A DNA stretch of 63,268 bases, the filler included, from Pirum gemmata (Eukaryota): the NCBI GenBank assembly GCA_002812295.1. It is 26 parts of 26 records of this genome, joined end to end, with 100 filler letters (N's around TTAATTAATTAA, not from the genome) between each part and the next. Parts side by side here need not be neighbours in the genome. Positions count along the whole stretch, not along the records: positions 36,994 to 39,269 come from PDIN01007112.1; positions 39,370 to 41,690 come from PDIN01007113.1; positions 41,791 to 44,110 come from PDIN01007114.1; positions 44,211 to 46,490 come from PDIN01007115.1; positions 46,591 to 48,867 come from PDIN01007116.1; positions 48,968 to 51,286 come from PDIN01007117.1; 20 more parts are not named here. One strand, written 5' to 3'. How positions within the stretch are numbered: the first letter of the stretch is position 1; every line of letters starts with the position of its first letter. A program made the position numbers and the translations under genes. Below are positions 37,074 to 49,620 of the stretch, piece after piece. The notes under the pieces are model-generated. The model had not been told where the DNA came from. It saw only the letters and a list, made by a program, of their open reading frames with translations, and did no database searches.

Positions 37074-37554
37074 TAATAATAACAATGGCAATAATAGTTA
37101 CAACAACAACAACAACAACAACAACAATAATAATAATAGTAAAGTTAATAATAAAAATATACTCAACAGAAAACATAAACAAAGAAAAAGGAACAAAGAA
37201 AATCAGCCCTGTTTTAGAAACACAAACGGTAGTGGTGGCAATGAAATCGTAGATGGCAATTGGCTCGAAAGACCAGTAGGTTATCGGGTAGTGTCTTGTT
37301 GGCATTTAGATACAAAGGGGCTTTGTAAAAAAGAAAACGCGTGTAATTTTGCTCATTCTCAAGAAGAACTTGAAAAGTTTCGAGCTTTATTTATTCCAAC
37401 AGAAAAGTGTAATTATGGCAGTCAATGCAGTTATCGTTATGGTCAAGGCCAACTACCTTGTCAATACAGCCATACGCCGGAGGCCCAACTAAATGCAATT
37501 AGTATGTACAACAGCGCGGTTTATGCCACGTTTTGTAAAAGTGGATCGACCTAA
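36994..37554 (+). CDS. Asn-rich protein with C-terminal CCCH zinc fingers, 3' part
   Basis: Frame is open from the contig start. YRVVSCWHLDTKGLCKKENACNFAHSQEEL is C-x8-C-x5-C-x3-H with the FAH..EEL tail, followed by a second atypical CCCH. Confidence 0.8.
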
Positions 37555-37574
37555 AATTCAAAAATTATCGAGCT

Positions 37575-38410
37575 AGCTTGAAAGGTCTGAGCCTTTTTTT
37601 TTAGCTTATTTATTCCAACAGAAAAGTGTAATTACGACAGTCAATGCAGTTACCGTTATACGTAAGGCCAATTATCTTGTCAATACAGCCATACGCCGGA
37701 CCGATTAAAAGCAATTAATATGTACAACAGCGGTGTTATGCTACGTTTTGTAAAACCGGACCGATCTAAAATTGAAAAGTTTCGAGCTAGCTTGAAAAGT
37801 GCCGAGCTTTTTTTTTTTTTGAACGGAAATATGTAATTATTCCCGTCAATACAGTTACCGTTACCCTCAAGGCCCTCTCCACCTTATCAATGCAGCCATA
37901 CCCACAGGGGACCAACTAAATTTAATTAAAATGTACATCTGGTTTATGTCATATTTTGTAAAACCAGGCTGACTGAAAACAGAATATGAATGCATTTTGC
38001 CCATTCAAAATAAAAACTTGAAAATATTCGAGCTTTTTTTATTACAAAGGGCAGGGAAATGTAACTATAGCAGTTGATGTAGTTCCGGTTGTCGGAGGCC
38101 AACTGACCTCCTTGTCAGTACCATCTCTTAGAGCAGCCATACCCTAGATGATCGAACAAAATTCAATTGATATGTACAATAGTGCAATTTATGCAAAAAC
38201 CAAACCAACCTAAAAAAAGAATACAGAGTAAAATTTTACCCTTTCAAGAAGAGCTTGAAAAGTTTCGAGCTTTTTTTATTCTATGTAGTGACTATGTAGT
38301 GACCGTTATGCTCAAACCCGAATGCCTTGTGGGAACAGTAAATACAATTAATATATACAACAGCGTGATCTAAATCTATACCACGTTTTTTAATTAAAAA
38401 CCAGACCAAA
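37575..38410 (+). repeat. About four decayed tandem copies of the CCCH gene's 3' coding end
   Basis: CTTGAAAAGTTTCGAGC, GTAATTA, CAGCCATAC and ATGTACAACAGCG recur roughly every 220-240 bp. Confidence 0.85.
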
Positions 38411-39490
38411 CTAATTAATTTAAGTATTAATAAGTAGATAACTTTACAAATTAATAATTTGGAAATATGAAATTTGCTATTTTCATATATATCAACCAAT
38501 CACAATTATTGATATAATATTAAAAAACACATCAACTAAAGATAAAAAATGAAAATTTTCGTTTTTTAACCACCAATTTTATTATATATAATACTTGTAT
38601 ACTATTTATTTTTTATATAATACCTATTAAAAGTTTGAGTATAAAAAACTGAATACTATTTTAAAAGTATAAAAAACTGAATACTATTTTCCAAACTTAT
38701 TTCCTAAACAACAACAAAAAAAAGTCTTGTTATTGGCTGTAAAAAACCTGTATGAAATCTAGCTGAGACTCTTAAATCTCCTATAATAAAAGCCACATCC
38801 TGAATACTAAGATAGTTTAAAACGGATACACGTTAGTGCAATGCTTAGGAATGAGTAAGGAAGAATTAAATGCAAGGGTACGATACTAAATATTACCATT
38901 TTGCTGCATAAAGTGTAAATCATACCATTTTGCCTGTTTTTGTTTGGTTTTGTGTTTTAATAATTACGCTTGGAGTTAAAGGGTAGATAAATTTTACTTG
39001 GGATTCTAAAGCATTCGAGTGGGGGGTGTTCAAAGTTTTTTATACCCCTAGAACTTGACATATTAAATCTAATAGTTCAGAAAAAATATTAATTTTTTAT
39101 TTTTTATTACCAGTGAAATTCTGCTGCACTATTAACCCAATAGATTTTTGGCTTCTTACAGTGTGAATGTTAGTTTTAGGTTGAACAACACAACAGTCAC
39201 CTAAAAACGTTTTTTGCACGGATAAATATATAAATATTGAAAAGACACACACACACACACACACACACANNNNNNNNNNNNNNNNNNNNNNNNNNNNNNN
39301 NNNNNNNNNNNNNTTAATTAATTAANNNNNNNNNNNNNNNNNNNNNNNNNNNNNNNNNNNNNNNNNNNNATATATAATATATATTATATAATAAATAATA
39401 TATAATGTATAAAATAATAATAATAATAATAATAATAATTAATAATATAAATAATAGAAGTAATAATAATAATAATAATAATAAAGATAC

Positions 39491-40262
39491 CATTTTGAAC
39501 CGGGTAGTGTGGCTTACTTTGAAGATACTCGTATGGATAAGTAGATGGAGATGATGGTTCAACATCTGCCATGGCTCTTAATTCTTCGTTAAATTGTTCA
39601 ATTAAGTCTTTTTCTTCACCTTCATTATCGTTATGATCACTATCAGTTTCTAGAACACTAACATAGTTACTGCTAGAATCAATGCTTGAATTGTCTACTA
39701 CAAATTCGAGGCTTATTTCACTCTTATCGTCGTGGTCATTTGAATCATTTTTGCCATTATCGTCAATACTATTATCCGTCACAGTTATATTAATATTTTT
39801 AGATTCAGTTGTAAGTTTAAGCTCATCTTGTGCGCGAACATTTTCGACGAAGTCGTCAACATCTATACTCCTGGAATCGAGGGCGGCTCGTTGTACGGAT
39901 TTATTACTTTCACTCTTTATAGAACTTTTAGAATCCGCGTTGGATAAATTCAATTTTGGGTTTCTTAGAGGTGAAGTTGGTTCACTTTCAACTAACATTT
40001 TTCCGAACAATTTTTGCTTTTTACTGTCAAGAGTACTACTGCTACTACTATTAGTATTGCTGTTCTTTGTATTTTTCTTTATATTTTTTATACTCTTTGT
40101 ATTTTTACCATTTTTCTCGTTATATTTTTTGATTTCAGTTTCTTCGGCTATTATTTTTTTAACAGGATGATGATGTTGTAGTTTTTGTTGTTGAGGTGCC
40201 TGTTGTAGTTTGGGGTTCCCAGAATTGGAGTTGGAGCTCCGTTTTGAAGAAGTTTGTCCCAT
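39491..40262 (-). CDS. First exon of a predicted N-myristoylated protein with a long disordered N-terminus
   Basis: MGQTSSK fits MGxxxS(K); 257 codons to a GT donor; no catalytic domain is reached. Confidence 0.7.
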
Positions 40263-41528
40263 TTTTATAAATTATTTTTGTTAAGATATTTTTGTTGTAT
40301 TTATTTGTTTGTTTGGGTTTTGGGGAGAGGTGGGGAGGGGTACTTAATTTTACTGTGTTTGTTTGTTGTATATGGTAATAGAATTAAGTAAAAATAAAAC
40401 GAGATGATAACTCAAATTAAAATCACAAAACTTATCTTTAGATACTATACTTAATATTGGTAATAATAATAATAATAATTTTAATAGTAATAAAAAACTG
40501 GAAAGAGAAATACTAATACTGACTTTTTTCAAAAAAAAAAAAAGCAAGAAAAAATACAAGAAAGAAAAAAGTGTATGAATAATTTGAAATTTTGTTTTTT
40601 TTTTTACATGTAAATACCTTTTTTTTTTCGTGTCTTTTTCGTTTTTTGCTTTTTGTGTTTGGCATTCATGGAATTGTTTTTTTGCTTTTTTGCTTTTGTT
40701 TTTTACTATTTTTTAATTATGACTCAATATAATGTTATATCAAAATTCAAAATCCATGAAATTGAAAACACCTATTACTATACCTAGTTAACTAAAATGA
40801 TGATGATGATGGCGGTGTTAATAGTAATAGTAATGGTAATGGTAATGGGGATGGTAATGGGGATGGTAATGATAGTGATAGTGATGTTGGTGATAGTGAT
40901 GGGGTGTTGGTTTTGGGAGTGTTGGTGTTGGTGTGTTGGTGATAGAAATTATATTTTGTGTAGTTGGAGTTGTTGGAGTTGTTGGGAGTTGTTGGAGCTG
41001 TTGCTATAATTTCTTGCTATTAATATTGCTACCAGAAAAACGCTCAATGGGGTACATTATCATTATTATCATTAATATTACTATTATCATTATCACCATT
41101 GTCATCAATGTTGTCAGTGTTCTTATAATATTGTCAGTGTAGTAGTTAATTAAAGTATTAAAATATTATTAATAATATATTGTTACTGTTATTAAATTTT
41201 GCTATTATGAAATTTATTATTATTGTTATTATTATTGAATTAATATTGTCATTACTGTTATTATTGTTATTATTGTTCTTGTTATTGTTCTTGTTTTATT
41301 GTTATTGTTGTTGTTATAGATTATTGTTATTGTTATAAATTATTGGCATCGTTGCTTTATCATAGATATTGTTATCGGTATTATTATTATGGTTATTATT
41401 AGTGATATTGTTATTATTAATAATACTGTTAACGCTATCACTGTTATTAATATTATTATTGTTTTTGATATACTTAATTAAGCTTAATTTAAAAAACATT
41501 TATTTATTTATTTTTATTTTTTATCTCT

Positions 41529-41590
<62 letters not shown>

Positions 41591-42150
41591 TATTTTTGGA
41601 ATTTTATTCTGTTTTTGGAGTAAACCACAGCGAATGAAAATGAATAAAATCAGTATAAAATCAGCTATAAAATCCTTGAGTTTATGACATNNNNNNNNNN
41701 NNNNNNNNNNNNNNNNNNNNNNNNNNNNNNNNNNTTAATTAATTAANNNNNNNNNNNNNNNNNNNNNNNNNNNNNNNNNNNNNNNNNNNNCTAAACCGAA
41801 ACCTAAATTTAAATCTAAGCCTAAGTTTAAGCCTAAGCCTAAGCCTAACTCTGAGTCTAATTACCTTGACCCTAACTTGGTCATCTTAAACATGACCGTA
41901 TCATAAAACATAAATTTTATTGGTTATTGAAAAAACAGAGATTGTCCCTAATCTTAGCTTCACCCGAGCCCCTAAGCCCAAGTTTAAACTTAAACTTAAA
42001 CCTAAACCGAAACCTAAATTTAAATCTAAGCCTAAGTTTAAGCCTAAGCCTAAGCCTAACTCTGAGTCTAATTACCTTGACCCTAACTTGGTCATCTTAA
42101 AACATGACCGTATCATAAAACATAAATTTTATTGGTTATTGAAAAAACAG

Positions 42151-43358
42151 AGATTGTAAGAGTAAAGAAGTAGTTGGCGAACTTACTGCGTATTGGGTGT
42201 GTGATGACAATGCTAAATCAGCGTATTATTCTGTTTGGGGTAATTACAGTTTTACACAGTTTTATCATAGTAACTTTTTATTTAAAAAAAACAATTCGAA
42301 TGCTACATAATTATAAATAGTAATAAATACTAATTAATAATCACTAATGATAACAAAAATAGAATAATAACAAAATAAATGAATAAAATAATATATATAA
42401 ACACAACAATAATAAATGGTATAAATAATAATAAATGAAATATTAAATATACAATAACAACCGGTAATAAATATAACTTAATTATAATTTTATTAGGAAG
42501 ACAGCCAGCGGCGAATTTTCTAGAACCAGCTTACCAGGAATATGTTCGTGATGCTTTAGTGTACTGGATCGATGATATGAACATTGATGGGTTCCTTTTC
42601 GATGCTCCTAGTTTCTATGTTGGTATAGGTGACCAACCAAATCCCTATGGTCAAACTGTTTTTGTAAGTGTATAGTTACTTCCATTTATTTTATTATAAT
42701 ATCACTGTATATTATTTCAATCGAATTTCGCCTTAAATATACCCCCGTCCCCACCTTACCTCATTAATAACGATAATGATGTTAATGAGTAACCAATAAA
42801 AATTCAAATTAATATTAATCATGAAAATAAAATTAAATGTTAAAAAGGCTTAGGTGAATAATACAATTGTAATGTTTATTTCTGACATTTTAGAATCCTC
42901 AAATATTGAAAAGTATGACAAAGGGACTTAAAACCAAACGGTCTTTATCTGAAATTGCGTTTATGGCTGAATTGTATGGTTATGAGGATAGTCTGCATCA
43001 AACTCCAGAGTATGGGCTGGATGTTTGCTTAGGGGATACCAGCTCAGTATGGTAATTTACATGTATTTGTTTCTATGGTCGTAATTGTCAGTAAGAGAAG
43101 TAGTGGGAAAAGGTCGTAATATAATGGAAGTGATGGTTAGTGATGGTTAGTTTTATTGGTTATGGGTGGGGGTAGTGGTGGTGACGGAGATAGTAGTAGA
43201 GGTAGTGGTAGTGGTATCATTAATGTTTTTTAAAGAACTCCAGAATCACAAATAATAAATAATAACAATACAATTATGCAAAGATATAATTATACAATAT
43301 ATTATTATTATTATATATACATCATAATGACGTATTATATATCATATTAATAGTTTTA

Positions 43359-43389
<31 letters not shown>

Positions 43390-43849
43390 TATTATTATTG
43401 TTGCTGTTGTTATTGTTATTTTTATTATGCATAACCATAACCATAACCATAACCATAACCATAACCATAACCATAATCATAATTATATTTACAATCATAA
43501 CAATCATAACCATGATTTTTTAACAATAAAGAAATAAAATAAATAAATAATAATAACAGGGCACCGGTTATAACTATGGAGACTTATGGTGCGGATTGCT
43601 GTTGAATAATTTGAACAGTTTAGATCCTTCTCTAGGTTCTAACGACGATTGGGATACCTTTGTTAAGAACATTCATGATAGAGGTATGAAAATTATGACT
43701 TGGTTGAACCCCTCGTATATATATTACAATTCGGATATGTATGTAGCCGCTGCGCAAGATATGAGTAATGCTGGAGGAAATATTGCCAATCTTCCCAGTG
43801 GCAGTAAGGCTTATAACTTTATTTGGGATACAGATAAATATAACAGTCG
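42151..43849 (+). CDS. GH13 alpha-amylase-family hydrolase, four exons in permuted order (protein order 43560-43849, 42151-42239, 42498-42663, 42893-43051)
   Basis: LDPSLGSNDDWDTFVKNIHDRGMKI; YWVCDDNAKSAYYSVWGRQPAANF; YWIDDMNIDGFLFDAP (nucleophile Asp); FMAELY (acid/base Glu). Splice phases fit this order. Confidence 0.8.
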
Positions 43850-44850
43850 GTAAAAAATAAAAAACAACCAACTACAACAACAATAATAACACATAACAAC
43901 AACAACAAAAAAAAAAGATTTAACCGAAGTTCATGTGAAAATATAAAAAAAACTTAATCTCAACCCCAATCCTAACCCTAACCCTAATCTTAGCTTCACA
44001 CGAGCCCCTAAGCCCAAGTTTAAACTTAAACTTAAACCTAAACCGAAACCTAAATTTAAATCTAAGCCTAAGTTTAAGCCTAAGCCTAAGCCTAACTCTG
44101 AGTCTAATTANNNNNNNNNNNNNNNNNNNNNNNNNNNNNNNNNNNNNNNNNNNNTTAATTAATTAANNNNNNNNNNNNNNNNNNNNNNNNNNNNNNNNNN
44201 NNNNNNNNNNATTAATTAATTAATTGATTTATTTATTATATATTTTAATATTATATTATAATATATATAATATTATTATATAATTATAAAGTGCCAGTAT
44301 TCGCACAATTTTGCGCTTTTGTCGCATAAAGTGTCTATATATAATAATATTATGCCATTTTAATTTACTCAACCAAAATAATTACATTTTAGATAACGAT
44401 AAGACTGTATTATCATAAATTAAAACCTGCCAATTTAAATATTAAAGATGTGTAATTAATTTTATTATTTATTATTAATAAATCCACAGTAAAATTTATG
44501 ATGATATAATAAAACTTTTTTTTATTTTATTTTTATTTCTCAAGAAAACAAAATGGTTGTTTTCTCTTTTTTTTTATTGATTTTATTAATAAATAATCTA
44601 TATACAAATTTTTGCTATTTTTCATTTCTTCGCTTTATCTAATTAGTGAAATATGAACTATACAAACAAAAAAAAAAAAAAATCGAAGTTTTGAAAAAAA
44701 AGGTTAGGTTTAGGGCTAGAGGTTTAGGGCTATAGAGCTGCTATAGCTATGCTAGAGATTTCTTTCAGTTAGAGGTTTAGGGTTAACGTTAGGATTACTT
44801 GTTTTGCTATTTTTGCTTTTTTTTTTTGCTAATTTTGTTATATTATAATA

Positions 44851-45951
44851 CATCATAAAATACAAAATAAAGATTACCAAATTAATACAATACAACTCCA
44901 TTTCACTTAATTTGGTACATTTTATTATCTATTTATTCATTTAATTTAGTACATTTTATTATCTATTTATTCATTTTAAAATTAATTAAAATACAATATT
45001 AATACAAATCCATTTCATTTAATTTGGTATTAATTAATAAATTTTAAATTTACTGTTGAGAAAAACCAAACACACAAACCGACACGCGAACAAAGAGAAA
45101 AACCAAACACACAAACCAACAGTGTATTTAACAGTATTTAACAGTATTTAACCAACTTGATTTAACCCATGTTGCTCAGCGAAACCCGCAAGGCGAAAAA
45201 CTACCTGGAACCCCTGAAAACCATAAACACAAAAAGTGTATTTAAAACCCATGTTGCACCAGAAACAGAAGAAAAAATTCATTTTGATTAAAATACAATA
45301 CAAATTCATTTTATTTAATTTGGTACTTTTTATTATCTATTTGTTCATTTTAATTTTAAAATACAATACAAATCCATTTCATTTAATTTTTATACATTTT
45401 ATTATTATCTACAAGTTTATTTTACTCAATTTGGTACATTTTATTATCTATTTATTCCTTTTGATTATTAAAATACAAATCCATTTCATTTAATTTGGTA
45501 TTAATTAAAATACATTTTAAATTTACTATCTATTTATTCATTTTAATTAATTAAAAAATACAATACAAATTCATTTTATTTAATTTGGTACTTTTTATTA
45601 TCTATTTGTTCATTTTAAATTTTAAAATACAATACAAATCCATTTCATTTAATTTTTTATACATTTTATTATTATCTACAAGTTTATTTTACTCAATTTG
45701 GTACATTTTATTATCTATTTATTCCTTTTAATTATTAAAAAACAATATTAATATAAATCCATTTCATTTAATTTGATACGTTTTATTATTTATTTACTCA
45801 TTTAAATTGGTATATTTTATTAATATTATCTATTAAATTTTATTCATTCTAACCCTAACCCTAACCCTAACCCTAACCCTAAAGGTTATATATAATTATT
45901 ATAACCCCATTTAATAAATATTCAGAGTGACAAAATAAAAGAAAAGCACAA
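44851..45951 (+). repeat. Expanded MITE family A: internal segment tandemly amplified and interrupted by (CCCTAA)n
   Basis: AAATCCATTTCATTTAATTTGGTACATTTTATTATCTATTTATTC is repeated many times and the block ends in ATATTCAGAGTGACAAAATAAAAGAAAAGCACAA. Confidence 0.7.
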
Positions 45952-46069
45952 ATAAAATATTATAATATGTGTTATTTAATTTTAAAGTTAACTTATAATA
46001 CTCCTTTTTGTTTACAATTATATTTACTTTCGAATTCGATTCTTTAATTTATCAGAAATATTTATAATA

Positions 46070-46490
46070 TGGGTTAGAGTTACAGAGAGTTAGGGTTTTA
46101 ATAAGGGTTAGGGTCGGGGCTAGGAATAGGGCTAGCACTAGGGTTAGGGTTAGGGTTAGGGTTAGGGTTATAATTTTAATTAAGGTTTTATAACGTTAGT
46201 TAGAGTTAGAGTTAGGGTTAGAGTTAGGGTTAGGGTTAGGGTTAGATTTATACAGGCCTAGGGTTAAGGGTGAGGGTTGGGGCTAGGGCTAGGGTTAGGG
46301 TTAGGGTTAGCGTTAGCGTTATAATATTAATTAGGGTTAGTTAGAGCTAGAGTTAGAGTTAGAGTTAAAAAGTTAGAGTTAGAGTTAGAGTTATAATTTT
46401 AATTAGGGTTATTCATAACGTTAGTTAGAGTTAGAATTAGAGTTAGAGCTAACCCTAACCCTAACCCTAACCCTAACCCTAACCCTAACC
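46070..46490. repeat. Interstitial telomere-like tract (TTAGGG/TTAGAG); representative of many in the window
   Basis: Similar tracts at 2430-2528, 4846-4898, 7418-7480, 8545-8810, 25105-25133, 27332-27377, 36645-36893, 46735-46882, 48618-48695, 57590-57930 and 60978-61250. Confidence 0.9.
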
Positions 46491-47043
46491 NNNNNNNNNN
46501 NNNNNNNNNNNNNNNNNNNNNNNNNNNNNNNNNNTTAATTAATTAANNNNNNNNNNNNNNNNNNNNNNNNNNNNNNNNNNNNNNNNNNNNACTACTACTA
46601 CTACTACTACTACTACCCCTACTACTACTCCTACTACTGCTTCTACCACCACCACTACTACCCCTACTACTACCCCTACTACTGCTTTTACCACCACCAC
46701 CACCACCACCACCACCACCACCACTACTACTACTATTAGGGTTAGGGTTAGGGTTAGGGTTAAGGTTAAGGTTAGGGTTAGTGTTAGGGTTAGCCAAGGG
46801 TTAGGGTTAGGGTTAGGGTTAAGGTTAGGGTTAGGGTTAGTGTTAGGGTTAGCCAAGGGTTAGGGTTAGGGTTAGGGTAGGGTTTGCCTAAAAAAGGAGC
46901 TATTTGCCAAATATGTAGTCGATTAAAAATAGTAATATTTAACAAATACGATTGTAAAGCAATAATATAAATCTTAATGGGTGCGATATTTTTAAATTTG
47001 TTAGTATTTTCCAGATTTGGAAGGTATTAACAATTTGTATTTA

Positions 47044-47780
47044 AATTTAAAATTAGAGAGTAAAAACTACGTCATAACTAACAATATCGAATTTTTTTAA
47101 AAAAAAATCAATAATTTTTTTATATATAAAAAATTAATGTTTGAAAAACTGTTTGTGATAATAAAATTAATTTCGAGTAATGCTGATGGGAATCTTATCC
47201 CTCTCAACATATCGTCCGGTTTGTAATAATTTGTATCACTTTGCCTTCGCCGAAACCAGTTTTTTTTAAAAATCCGAACTCCAAATTTGAACTTGACCAA
47301 TAATATTAAAGAAAATTTAAAATTAAAATTAGAGAGTAAAAACTACGTCATAACTAACAATATCGAAATTTTTTTTAAAAAAATCAATAATTTTTTATAT
47401 ATAAAAAATTTATGTTTGAAAAAGTGTTTGTGATAATAAATTAATTTCGAGTAATGCTGATGGGAATCTTACCCCTCTCAACATATCGTCCAGTTTGTAA
47501 TAATTTGTATCACTTTGCCTTCGCCGAAACACTGCCGAAACCCGAAACCCAGTTTTTTAAAAAAATCTGAACTCCAAATTTGAACCTGACCAATAATATT
47601 AAAGAAAATTTAAAATTAAAATTAGAGAGTAAAAACTACGTCATAACTAACAATATCGAATTTTTTTTAAAAAAATCAATAAATTTTTTATATATAAAAA
47701 ATTAATGTCTGAAAATCGTTCGAAATAATAAATTAATTTCGAGTGGTGCTGATGAGAAATATTACCCCTCCTAACATATC
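47044..47780. repeat. Tandem repeat, about 280-290-bp unit x3 (family F related)
   Basis: AAAATTAGAGAGTAAAAACTACGTCATAACTAACAATATCGAA occurs at about 47049, 47325 and 47617. Confidence 0.9.
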
Positions 47781-47990
47781 GGGTTACTATTGGCTGTAAT
47801 AGCACTGTAAATTGACGAATCAACATTTGTTTGTTTTCTATATTTAGAGCATTATTATCTAAAAATGGTATTAAAAATATATTTCTATATTTGATAAGCT
47901 AGGGTTGGGGCTTGGGGCTAGCTAGGGCTTGGGGGAAAAAACGATCATAATAATTATTGTAATTTTACAAAAAAAATATTATAACCCTCC

Positions 47991-48134
47991 AAATATTTAT
48001 TTGGTTGGTTATAATATTTAAATTGACACTTTTAAATGAAAAAGTAAATAATTAAATATACCAAATTAATTTTAAATGGATTTATTGTATTAATTTGGTA
48101 TTTTTTATTGTAGACTATATTTATGATGACAAAC
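47991..48134 (-). mobile_element. MITE family A, inverted partial copy (another partial copy at 48968-49053)
   Basis: AATATTTATTTGGTTGGTTATAATATTTAAATTGAC ... TATGATGACAAA. Confidence 0.7.
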
Positions 48135-48332
48135 TTTTTCTTTTGAGAGGGCATTTTTCTCTAGCATTTTTCTTTCATCATTTACAGATTCTACCCTAAC
48201 ACTAACCTAACCCTGCTATACATAGCTAGCTAGCTAGCTAGCTAGCTAGCCCTGAATACTGGTAACCCTTAGTTAGACTTAGCGTAGCTAACCCTAACCT
48301 TAACCCTAACCCTAACCCTTAGACTACTCTAA

Positions 48333-48618
48333 GGGAGCGTTCAATAATTACGTAACGCTGGGGGGTAGGTAGGGGGGGTCGGATTTTTGTGACAGGCCGT
48401 GACGCAGTAGGGGGTAGGTTTTCGTAATATGACATAACGCAAAAAAAAATTATACCCCTATATATATATATATATAACNTATAACATGAGGGGTAATTTA
48501 GGGTACTATTTTTCCAAATCGTTACGTCATAAGGGGTAGGTAGTCCTTCTCAAACGTGATAGGGTAGTAGGGTAGGTTTTTGTCCCAAATCGGCGTTACG
48601 TAATTATTGAACGCTCCC
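48333..48618. mobile_element. PIF/Harbinger (Tourist-like) MITE family B, 286 bp
   Basis: Perfect 26-bp TIR GGGAGCGTTCAATAATTACGTAACGC, with TAA on both flanks (48330-32 and 48619-21). Confidence 0.9.
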
Positions 48619-49620
48619 TAACCCTAACCCTAACCATAACCCTAAACCCTAAACCTAACCCTAACCCTAACCCTAACCCTAACCCTAGCCCTAACCAGAG
48701 TTACCAGACCCCTAGCTAGCTAGGATAGAACCAGACCCTCTAGCTAGCTAGCTACTAGATAACCCTAACCCTAACTAAACCACCCACCCCCCCGAAAAAA
48801 AGCCAAAAAAGCATCTTGTGGTGATATCTCAATGGGCTGACCGCGTGGCAATATGATTGGTCGATTGNNNNNNNNNNNNNNNNNNNNNNNNNNNNNNNNN
48901 NNNNNNNNNNNTTAATTAATTAANNNNNNNNNNNNNNNNNNNNNNNNNNNNNNNNNNNNNNNNNNNNCTATATATTGATTTAAAAATATCAATTTAAATA
49001 TTATAACCATCCAAATAAATATTCAGAGTGACGAAATAAATGAAAAGCACAATTATAATTATATATATATATAGCAAAAAAGCTGTTAATATCGACATTT
49101 TGTAATATAAATATGGAAAAAAATGGCGATTTTTTTTCCATAATTGTCGTATTTTAGAATTCAAATGGCGAATTCTATATTTGGAAGTATTTACCCAAAT
49201 AATTCATTATTTTACTAAATTTGGATTTTTTACTATTATTCTAACATTTTTATTATAATATGGGTATTTTTCTATATATATTTTTTTATATATTTCGTAC
49301 TTTATTATACCCTTTATTAACAGCTTTTTTGCTATATATATATATAAGAAAATGCCATAATATTCTTTTTTGTCGAAGAAGAAAATTAAAGTTTCAAAAA
49401 TTATCGATATATCGTATATATAAAAACAACTTTTATTATTAAATTCATAAACCATTTCACCGATTACTAGGTAATTTACAAAATAACCTTCAGAAAACGG
49501 TGGATTCTTTTTTAAAAAATAAGAAAATTTAAAAAATAAATTTAAAGAAAACACTAAAGTTGATAAAATGCTAATTAATATTGTATAACATAATTATGCA
49601 TTATTATGATAATTATAAAT

